Counted from the first letter of the stretch, positions 9,129-16,790 are shown. The stretch: DNA of 46,006 nucleotides from a virus (IMGVR_UViG_3300028886_000029:1-46006), one strand, 5' to 3'. Made by a program: numbers and translations. The notes: generated from the letters alone by a model not told the origin.

Positions 9129-10063
9129 TTAATAAATTTCTTAAATTCTTCTTCAACAAACAAAGGATTATACTTACCCATATCCTTTATGATGTATGGC
9201 TTATAACCCATTTTTATTATCTCTTCAATTTTTATTGAATCTCGTTTTTGAACTTGTTCTATAGAATGCTTTTCTGTAATTTTTTCATAATGCCATTTTC
9301 CGTTCCATAAAATCGCAGTTTTTATGTCTTCAATTATTACATCAGCATCCCAACCGTTAAACATTGGAACATTGTGTTTTACATCCTTAAAATATTTTTC
9401 GCATAGTTCGCAAAAATATTTTTCGTTTTTCGAACGCCTTTTATCTGCTTGAGATTTTGCAGAGTTTTTACCCGCATTTCTTAATTTTTCAATTGTTTCT
9501 TGTGACAAAAACTCTTTTTTATGCTTTTTTATCGTTTCGCTACACTCTTTACTACATACTACTTTTGTGGTACCTGGAAACAGAGTAGAATAATAATACG
9601 TTTTTCCGCAAACTTTGCATGTTCTTTTTTTCCTTTCTCTGTGTTTAACATCTTTTTTTTCTTCAAAATTTACTTGCTTATTTAGTGATTTATAATGTTG
9701 TTTTAAAGACTGCCTTATTTTTTCCTTTGTTTCGTCACTCATTGCATCTCTCGTAACATTATTAAAAGATGCTGCACATGAGTGAGAGCAAAAAAAATGT
9801 TTTGTTTTAGAATCATTATAAACATTTTTCTTGATTTCGAACTCTTTACCGCATTTTTCACAATAAACTTTAATTCTAGTTTTTTTACTTTCATAAAAAC
9901 AATCCATTGAGCAAAACTTACATCTACCACGAAGATTGTTTAGTTCGTGTGTAATAAGATTTTTTTGTACATAAAAAGTTTTTCCGCAGTGCTCACATTT
10001 AAGTGGCAATAAATCACTTGACTTAGATGAATTGTATTCTTCTTGTGTATATAAGGTAGTCAT
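9098..10063 (-). CDS. Putative free-standing homing endonuclease (multiple CxxC motifs + C-terminal PD-(D/E)xK/Vsr-like domain)
   Basis: Repeated CxxC/CSxxC; C-terminal WDADVIIEDIKTAILWNGKWHY; CTATTTAT at 10079-10086; inside the tRNA array. Confidence 0.7.
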   Translation of the reverse strand: MTTLYTQEEYNSSKSSDLLPLKCEHCGKTFYVQKNLITHELNNLRGRCKFCSMDCFYESKKTRIKVYCEKCGKEFEIKKNVYNDSKTKHFFCSHSCAASFNNVTRDAMSDETKEKIRQSLKQHYKSLNKQVNFEEKKDVKHRERKKRTCKVCGKTYYYSTLFPGTTKVVCSKECSETIKKHKKEFLSQETIEKLRNAGKNSAKSQADKRRSKNEKYFCELCEKYFKDVKHNVPMFNGWDADVIIEDIKTAILWNGKWHYEKITEKHSIEQVQKRDSIKIEEIIKMGYKPYIIKDMGKYNPLFVEEEFKKFIKETHSKFFMD

Positions 10064-10198
10064 AAAATTGTTTTTATTATAAATAGTCTTTTGTTGCGAA
10101 AAAAAGACTTGAACCTAAAAATATTTTGTTCTTAGGTTAGTTTGTTTTAATAAACAGGATACCACCACCTACTTGCAATGTGCAATTGTTTTCGGATT

Positions 10199-10270
10199 TG
10201 AGGTGACAATCGGAATCGAACCGACATCTCAGGCTTGGAGTGCCTTGAACTAACCGTTGTGCTCCACCCC
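10199..10270 (-). tRNA. Atypical tRNA (loop actccaa; Gly-TCC or Trp-CCA reading ambiguous)
   Basis: Acceptor GGGGTGG/TCACCTC and T-arm gtcgg-ttcgatt-ccgat; no U33 in register; 2 extra nt before the acceptor 3' strand. Confidence 0.5.
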
Positions 10271-10466
10271 GCAATATTTAAAAATAAACGATTTTAGACT
10301 AGATTCGTGAACCGTTTTTATGCTGAGAGCCATAGAAAATTTGCAACTTCTCTATGTTGTTACTTGAACGTGCGAATCCACAAACACACCGCTACCCAGT
10401 TGAAACCACCTAAAAAGTGTGTACACCACTTTCATCATCAATGATTACCTTTCAAGTATCTCTTTG

Positions 10467-10541
10467 TGGGAATGAAGGAATTCGAATCCCTGACCCTTTG
10501 AATGTAAGTCAAATGCTCTAAACCAACTGAGCTACACTCCC
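10467..10541 (-). tRNA. trnV: tRNA-Val(TAC)
   Basis: tttga-cttacat-tcaaa; canonical D arm. Confidence 0.92.
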
Positions 10542-10818
10542 AAAAATACGCCCATTTATTCCTCCATGTTGTCACAGTATGTTGTGAGGGACTTTTCACT
10601 ATATTAGCCCAATGCGACCTCTTTACGCTACTTCCGCACCTATATTTGGAATTAATGTTGCTTACCTACGCATACCCATCGCAAATTTTAACCACACCCC
10701 AGCCAAATACATTGCTCCAATCTATATTCTTCTTCTAATGTGGTTGACAGGAATAACCCAACAGGACTTCTTTCTATTGAAAATTCAAATTCTGCATACC
10801 TTAATGATAGAAAAATAA

Positions 10819-10877
10819 CAGGAAACATTTTTGTTTGAAAATGACAATTTCAATAAAATAATTTGCTGTATGTTTCC
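10819..10877 (-). ncRNA. ACAGCAA-motif element 3 with an Asp(GTC)-like anticodon stem-loop
   Basis: ggaaac-at-ACAGCAA ... gtttcc-TG; inner ttgaaa-TTGTCAT-tttcaa. Confidence 0.55.
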
Positions 10878-11285
10878 TAAAAAAATATCTAAAAAACTAC
10901 TTGATAGTACAAAAAAGATATTAACGGTTTAGCCACAACCATTTTTGTTTTGGCCAGTCCTCTACCTAACCGTGTAGGTTTTCCTTTCAACATCAAGAAT
11001 GGCTCATTCTATAGTGTGTTGGCTAAGGAAATATGCTAATCCCCAACAACTTCATTTTTCAAAAAACGGATGCATGTCAATCGTATTCCGTTATTCTGCG
11101 TTAACCTCACATGCCAAGGTCATATAGTCCACAACACACCCATATGACTAACTAGTATTTTCATTCTAAAAATTACTTAATAGAATATGAGCAGCCATTA
11201 TTATAATGGAACCAATAAAACAACTATTGAATTTCTGCTATTGTTTAGTTTCTAATTTTTCAACATTGTCAAATAACTTACATTG

Positions 11286-11293
11286 CAAATATA
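11286..11293 (-). promoter_or_regulatory. Bacteroidota sigma70-type -7 element (TATATTTG)
   Basis: Matches the TAnnTTTG consensus; also at 14672-14679, 17051-17058, 26026-26033 and 45549-45556. Confidence 0.65.
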
Positions 11294-11324
11294 TAAATAT
11301 TAATTGACAAAAACAAATTTTTTG

Positions 11325-11951
11325 TACTTCGGCTGCGACTCGAACGCAGGACCAACTGCTTAGCTTACCACTATAACTTTCGTTACCAATATAAGACTAA
11401 AAATGACCTACAGCACAAGAGGATTGCAGTCATTCCGTAACATCCCTTTTATGTTCCTCTTATTTCGGGTCTTTATATTGTTTGTGGTCTGGACTATCCC
11501 TTAACCATATTGAAATCTTGCAAGATTGGATTAGGGTTTGTTCTTACCCCGAATAGCAGGTCGCTTTCCTGCACAGTTTGTTTTAATTTTAAAATCCAAA
11601 TTTCAACTTAGGTTTCTTCCGTCTAGTCTCTACACACTGTCTATTACAAATACTGAAATGTAGCTTAATTGCATATATTTGCCTTCTATGCAATAACGCC
11701 TTTTCATTACATTCCCAATTAACACCTTTTGCAAACGAGGTGAGTATTTGTTTTTAACATTGGTTCGGTATTAGCATATATTAACAGGACTCTTCACCTG
11801 TCCGACTCATATAGAGTGTCTGATTTGATTTTATACTTAGCTTTCACCGAATTTGGAAGTTTCTACATCTAAAATTTCTTTTAGTGCACTCCTAATTAAT
11901 TGATTATCAATTACTTAAAGGCAGTTGCTCTATCCACTGAGCTACCGAAGC
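11325..11951 (-). tRNA. trnR: tRNA-Arg(TCT) split by a group I intron (exons 11951-11918 and 11363-11325)
   Basis: Spliced arm actgc-ctt|ctaa-gcagt; acceptor GCTTCGG/CCGAAGT. Confidence 0.85.
11364..11917 (-). ncRNA. Group I intron (554 nt) after U34 of tRNA-Arg
   Basis: P/Q/R/S-like cores aattcggtgaaag, aataccgaaccaa, gtagagactag, aagggatagtcc; U.G in P1; ends ...GTGGTAAG. Confidence 0.85.
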
Positions 11952-11974
11952 ATAAATAATATTTTTAAAAATTG

Positions 11975-12059
11975 TGCGTCCAATGGGACTCGAACCCATA
12001 ACGCCTTACGGACCCCTCTGATTAAAAGTCAGATGCGCTACCAATTGCGCCATGGACGC
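11975..12059 (-). tRNA. trnK: tRNA-Lys(TTT) with long variable arm
   Basis: tctga-cttttaa-tcaga; 85 nt in total. Confidence 0.85.
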
Positions 12060-12067
12060 TTACACAG

Positions 12068-12895
12068 TTAAATTATTCCATAATCAATAAGCCATCTTTT
12101 CACTGTTGTTGGGCTTACGGAATATTTTCTCGCAAGTCCTGCAAATGTTTTTATTTCTAAGAAATCATTTGCTAATGTTTCTTTTTCTGGTTTGTGTTTT
12201 ACGGTATCAAGTCTTTCTCTGTAACATGTAAGACAATAACCATGAACTGTCCTATATGCTAGTGGTTTACCACAACCTTTACAACAAGTTATTTCCTTAT
12301 TTGTTGCTATGTTTTTTCCACAAAAATTATCGGTCTGAGAATGACAGTTTGGACAGAGTATTTGTATATTGTCAATTGCATTATTTTGTTTATTTCCGTC
12401 AATATGATGCAATTGTAAAACAATTTTTTCACCCATCCACTCCGTAATACCACACCTTTCACATTTTCGCTCTTTTATCCCTTCCCTAAAAAGCCTCTCT
12501 TTAAATGTATAAAGATTTTGTTTATATCCGGAACCGTTCCTTTTTCTATTTGTTAGAGTATTAGTTCTTAGTTTCAAAGATATCTTTTCTTTTGTTTCGG
12601 TACTTAAGACTCTATTTTTATTATTAAAAGAAGCAGCACAAGACGATGAACAAAACTTTTTTTGCCCAGAGATTAATTCCTTACCACATTTAACACAATA
12701 ACGTTTTTTCTTTTCTTTATACCAACCAAAATCAAAACCAATTTCTTCTGCTACCTTATTGATATATCTTATATTTGCAGTATTGCTACAAACACCATAA
12801 TATTCATAAATTTCTTTTTTGGTAGAAAATGACTTGAATAGTTCATATACTTTATGTTTTTTATCATCATTACTTATATCTATAAACATAACCAT
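12068..12895 (-). CDS. HNH homing endonuclease
   Basis: CERC..QLHHIDGNKQNNAIDNIQILCPNCH; ATG at 12895 (the longer ORF-track frame overlaps tRNAs). Confidence 0.88.
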   Translation of the reverse strand: MVMFIDISNDDKKHKVYELFKSFSTKKEIYEYYGVCSNTANIRYINKVAEEIGFDFGWYKEKKKRYCVKCGKELISGQKKFCSSSCAASFNNKNRVLSTETKEKISLKLRTNTLTNRKRNGSGYKQNLYTFKERLFREGIKERKCERCGITEWMGEKIVLQLHHIDGNKQNNAIDNIQILCPNCHSQTDNFCGKNIATNKEITCCKGCGKPLAYRTVHGYCLTCYRERLDTVKHKPEKETLANDFLEIKTFAGLARKYSVSPTTVKRWLIDYGII

Positions 12896-12989
12896 TTTTT
12901 TATATAAATATACAGAAAAATGTGAAAAAATCAAGTTTTGAACTATAAGTTGTTCAAAAAAAAGAAAAATCACCATGCTCCAATATGAG

Positions 12990-13064
12990 CAGTCATAACG
13001 GGGTTCGAACCCGTAAATCTCCACCGTGACAGGGTGGCATGTTAACCAATTACACCATATGACT
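12990..13064 (-). tRNA. trnD: tRNA-Asp(GTC)
   Basis: ccacc-ctgtcac-ggtgg. Confidence 0.9.
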
Positions 13065-13074
13065 ATAAATTTTG

Positions 13075-13147
13075 TCGGGATGATACGACTCGAACGTACG
13101 ACCCCTTGGTCCCAAACCAAGTGTTCTACCAACTGAACTACATCCCG
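13075..13147 (-). tRNA. trnP: tRNA-Pro(TGG)
   Basis: cttgg-tttggga-ccaag; CGGGATG acceptor. Confidence 0.92.
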
Positions 13148-13152
13148 AAAAA

Positions 13153-13325
13153 TAATTAGTTTCTGTTCCATCTCTGCCAATGAATTCAACAAGAAGCCTA
13201 TGGAGTGGCGTTTTATTAGCGCGCCTTTCGATTATTACCACTCAGCAAGTGTAATGTGATTTTTTCCGGATAACCCATTACTCTAATGCCAACTATCACC
13301 CATCACTGGGATGTGAAACTAATTA
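13153..13325 (-). ncRNA. Candidate ~170-nt structured RNA
   Basis: 11-bp terminal helix taattagtttc/gaaactaatta continued by catc/gatg and ccagtga/tcattgg; internal gagtgg/ccactc. Confidence 0.45.
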
Positions 13326-13348
13326 ATTTATAAGTTTTTATCATAAAA

Positions 13349-13385
13349 TTTGCTACATTTTCAAAGGGTTTGAAAATGTAGCAAA
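13349..13385. terminator. 17-bp perfect hairpin (terminator or processing site)
   Basis: tttgctacattttcaaa-ggg-tttgaaaatgtagcaaa. Confidence 0.65.
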
Positions 13386-13400
13386 ATATGTGATAATTTG

Positions 13401-13527
13401 TCGGAAACCAAGGATTTGCACCTTGAACTGTGACACCCAATAATTTTATAACAGAATGTTGCTGTACATTTTTTTTCCAAAAAACGCAAATAAAAAAGTC
13501 ACCGTGTTACTGTTACACTAATTTCCG
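13401..13527 (-). tRNA. trnP: Second tRNA-Pro(TGG) interrupted by a 56-nt insert in the anticodon loop
   Basis: CGGAAAT/GTTTCCG acceptor; gtgac-ttt[56 nt]gggt-gtcac; T-loop tgcaaat. Confidence 0.7.
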
Positions 13528-13592
13528 AATTTTTTTCCGCGGTGAGACTGAGATTCGAACTCAGGGGTCGCTCATCACGACCGGCGGTTTTC

Positions 13593-14314
13593 CTTACCAC
13601 TATAGCTTTCGCTACCAAAACAAGAAACACAATTTATTCGAATGTCCCCACTTAACTGAGGCATAGTATTATCTAACTACGAAAACGTCTCTACAATTAT
13701 ACTCTACGCCAACCTGCATACTCACGATATATCGCTTTCATGTTCTCCGTAGTGTTTCCCCAACGTTTTGTGAGTGTTTGTTTTGTTTGTGGTCTGGACT
13801 CTATCTTAACCTTATTGAAACCTTGCAAGATGTATAAGTTTACCTCAGCACCTTCAAGCTTCGTATAAACGCATCGTGTCAATTCACTTCTTTAATTCTA
13901 GTTCCACTTATACAATTTCAACTTAGGTTCCTCCCATATCGTCTCTACACACTGTCTAAGGCACTGTAGGCTTTACTACACTTATTTTAAAACAACGGCA
14001 ATCTGTTGTTACCTTAACATTGGCTCGGTATTACCATCAGCATTATCTGTTAAGGTTTCACCGAATTAGGGAGGTTCTACATCTAAAATTTCTTTTAGCG
14101 CACTCAAATTACACATTGTTCAAGAGTATGAAATAAAATAGTAAATTATTTCTTTATAGTTAAAACTAATGGGTTAACTCCTAAACCCTCTATCCCATTC
14201 GCAAATGCGTTTGGGACTGCTTTTTTTCATAATATTATAACTGCCATTAACATCAGCGTTAACATATTTGTATTGTTATATATAAATAGTATGAAAAAAA
14301 TTGAAAATATTTTC
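13593..14314 (-). ncRNA. Group I intron (722 nt) after U34 of tRNA-Ser with enlarged P1 loop
   Basis: Same core motifs as the Arg intron; P1 cttgaa/tttgag closes about 200 nt downstream; ends ...GTGGTAAG. Confidence 0.85.
14146..14270 (-). pseudogene. tnpB: tnpB C-terminal remnant (omega-RNA-overlapping region) inside the intron P1 loop
   Basis: KYVNADVNGSYNIMKK[+1 A]AVPNAFANGIEGLGVNPLVLTIKK*, a RuvC-III NADVNG-type TnpB tail; CTATTTAT at 14282-14289. Confidence 0.75.
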
Positions 14315-14475
14315 AAGACCGCTGCATTAGACCACTCTGCCACCTCACCGTAAAATAAAGATTATTCTGAACTCTGTCACCATTAACGATTATTAAGAAA
14401 AGTCTTAATAATATTGTTAAACATCTATTCAATGCTACTGTCAGTTTTTTCTTTATTAAGAAAGTCACCATAGTA

Positions 14476-14582
14476 TGCTGAGAGTCGGATTCGAACCGAC
14501 AGTCATTATCAAAGGATAATGCAGGTTACTCGCCTGAACTGGGTATTACCCCTACGAGTCTTCCAATTCGCACCACCTCAGC
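14476..14582 (-). other. Atypical class II tRNA-like element with an extra hairpin
   Basis: GCTGAGG/TCTCAGC acceptor, canonical T-arm, long variable arm, extra gggt-aat-accc hairpin, non-canonical loop cgagtaa. Confidence 0.5.
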
Positions 14583-14714
14583 CTTCGTGACCATATTTTA
14601 TTTTCAATTTCACATATTCAATAAAATAATTTGTATTTATCAGTATTGTCAAAGAAATATTAATTTCATTGCAAATGTATAAATCTTTTTTTTTACAACA
14701 AAATTAATTTTTAG

Positions 14715-15341
14715 TTGAAGGCAGAGGAATCGAACCTCTATTCTGGGAACCCATACCACTATAGCTTTCACTACCAACTAGCATTCAATTGCAGGATGAT
14801 ATTTACCCACCTCTCATGGTTGGTGAAGGAACATATTGCTATATATTTATCCCGTTTACTGCAATTTACATTGTTTGTGGTCTGGACTATACCTTAACCA
14901 TATTGAAATCTTGCGCAAGTAGGAAGCATCAGTCTCTAAGTACTTTCTTATAAACTCAATCCTTATTGAAATAATATATATTCTTACGGATGTGGAATAT
15001 TACTCTTCTTCCATTTCAACTTAGGTTTTCTCCATCTAGTCTCTACACACTGTCTAAGTTTTACATGCTCCGTTTGCTACACCTTGCACAAAGAATTACA
15101 CTTTGTCCATATGTGGGAACTCGAATCCCCTGCAAAACTATAACATTGGCTCGGTATTAGCATATATCTCATCTGTTATATCCTCTCGGATAATCTCGTG
15201 ATTTACAATGCCCTCTCGGACAAACACACTCTTATATGATTACTTAGCCTTCACCGAATTTGGAGAATTCTACATACAAAATTTCTTTTGAAGCATTCGA
15301 TTTTTTCAAAATCCCATGTCTTACCTTTAGACGAGCCTTCA
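14715..15341 (-). tRNA. trnQ: tRNA-Gln(TTG) split by a group I intron (exons 15341-15308 and 14751-14715)
   Basis: Spliced tggga-tttt|ggt-tccca; TGAAGGC/GCCTTCA acceptor. Confidence 0.82.
14752..15307 (-). ncRNA. Group I intron (556 nt) after U35 of tRNA-Gln
   Basis: Same core motifs; P1 tttga/tcgaa with U35.G; ends ...GTGGTATG. Confidence 0.82.
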
Positions 15342-15413
15342 ATTTATTTCAAAGAACTGTTTCTTTTTATTTCAAAAATCGTGCCAAAATATAAATTTTA
15401 ACATTTTTTTTTG

Positions 15414-15485
15414 CGGGGACGCATGGATTCGAACCAAGATAGACGGATTAACAGTCCGCAGTAATAACCCTTATACGACATCCCC
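15414..15485 (-). tRNA. trnN: tRNA-Asn(GTT)
   Basis: gcgga-ctgttaa-tccgt. Confidence 0.9.
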
Positions 15486-15494
15486 AATTATAAA

Positions 15495-15731
15495 CTACTT
15501 TTCAGTAGTTTCAGTTGTTGCATCATTTACCACATCTTCGTTTTTTGGCATTGTGGCTGCTGTTGTAGGTGCGACAGAGTTCATTTTCTCATATTCCGCT
15601 CTCAACTTTTCAAGCCTCTTTTGTCTTGCCAACATAAGTCTCTTTTTCTCAATAAGACTGTTTCTAACATTTTCATTAGCGTCCCTTCTTGGGGTAAATG
15701 AATTTTTCTTTGTGTGTTTCTTTTTACTCAT
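15495..15731 (-). CDS. Small basic/coiled-coil hypothetical protein
   Basis: 78 aa ORF between tRNAs. Confidence 0.65.
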   Translation of the reverse strand: MSKKKHTKKNSFTPRRDANENVRNSLIEKKRLMLARQKRLEKLRAEYEKMNSVAPTTAATMPKNEDVVNDATTETTEK

Positions 15732-15758
15732 AACAATAAAATTAAAAAATAAAATTTG

Positions 15759-15832
15759 TACCCTCTCTCAGATTCGAACTGAGACTTCATAGATTTTGAA
15801 TCTATTCACTCTGCCAATTGGTGTAAGAGGGT
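15759..15832 (-). tRNA. trnL: tRNA-Leu(CAA) with short variable loop
   Basis: ataga-ttcaaaa-tctat; 74 nt. Confidence 0.8.
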
Positions 15833-15834
15833 AT

Positions 15835-16026
15835 ATTATATTGAGTTACTGGTCAGAAATTACCTACAGTTGAATATGACACCCATCGCCTTGGATAATA
15901 TTGTTGTTTGCGCAAATTCTTTCAATATTATCTGTACACCTATTGAATCCTGATGTATTTTCCTTTTCCCTGTAGCGTACTTCAGAAAATACCGATTCCA
16001 TTCCATATCTCCTCACTCAATATAAT
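15835..16026 (-). ncRNA. Candidate ~190-nt structured RNA
   Basis: 12-bp terminal helix attatattgagt/actcaatataat; boxA-like GTTCTTTGAA just upstream; no ORF. Confidence 0.4.
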
Positions 16027-16097
16027 TTTTCAAAGAACTATTATGTGTTTTACAAATATCATGCCAAAGGCATTAAAAAGACAAACAAATTTTAATA

Positions 16098-16775
16098 TTA
16101 TTTAACATTTTTGCCGTACAATTGACCTCTTTTAAAATATTTTGATTTACCTGTGCGAGTTGGTTCAAGACTTTCTGTTATAATTTTGTCTATATCAATA
16201 GTATCTTCTCTCAAAGCCAAATCATCATATATTTTCTTTACTTGTTCAAAAAAAGGTATTCTAAATTTAAAATGCTTGGATATTTGTGTATAGTAGTTGT
16301 CATCATCGGTAGCATCTACAATTTCATGCTCTTCATGTTGAAGTTTTAACTGTGAGTGCTTGTCATCACCTTCCCAATATTGGTATGAAACTTCTCCATC
16401 GTTTTGCATATCAACAAATATCACACTTTCTTGGTTATATTTGTAACATAGATAAAGTGTATCTTCAATAGTGATATTATATACCATTATAGAATTCTCA
16501 ATACCATCATAGTTACCTTTTACTTTAAAATATTTATAATGTCCAATACTAAGTTGTCTTTCTAATTCATTACTTGCTTGCTGATTATATTCTTTTTCAG
16601 CCTTATTACCCATAGGATTTTCTGCTGAAATAATAGCCATTGTTCTAACCCTACGATTAGTTCCTTGTATTGCTTGTTGTGCTTTTTGTCTGCGTGATGT
16701 TTCCATCATAACATTTTTAACACTTTTCTCTATTATATTTTTTAAATCAGTTTCAGTAAGAACTATTTCAGTCAT
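16098..16775 (-). CDS. Phage protein (DUF3293-like core), paralog of 6440-7216
   Basis: AIISAENP..VKGNYDGIENSIMVYNI..KYNQESVIF. Confidence 0.78.
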   Translation of the reverse strand: MTEIVLTETDLKNIIEKSVKNVMMETSRRQKAQQAIQGTNRRVRTMAIISAENPMGNKAEKEYNQQASNELERQLSIGHYKYFKVKGNYDGIENSIMVYNITIEDTLYLCYKYNQESVIFVDMQNDGEVSYQYWEGDDKHSQLKLQHEEHEIVDATDDDNYYTQISKHFKFRIPFFEQVKKIYDDLALREDTIDIDKIITESLEPTRTGKSKYFKRGQLYGKNVK

Positions 16776-16790
16776 AATTTCTTTTTTTTG

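Larger units (their letters stand above)
13540..14349 (-). tRNA. trnS: tRNA-Ser(TGA) split by a group I intron (exons 14349-14315 and 13592-13540)
   Basis: Spliced gcggt-ctt|gaaa-accgc; long variable arm; GGTGAGG/TCTCACC acceptor. Confidence 0.85.

Noticed and set aside
8830-10620. HDV-like theta ribozymes next to tRNAs
   Set aside because: Partial look-alike words exist, but I could not assemble the nested double pseudoknot by eye; needs a motif search.
11017-11028. 12-nt match (tgttggctaagg) to the TnpB2 flank as a second target
   Set aside because: Only 10 nt of the guide match, which is compatible with chance.
12896-13192. N-terminal extension of the HNH ORF in the ORF track
   Set aside because: It runs through tRNA-Pro and tRNA-Asp; an ATG with an upstream TATTTATA motif exists at 12895.
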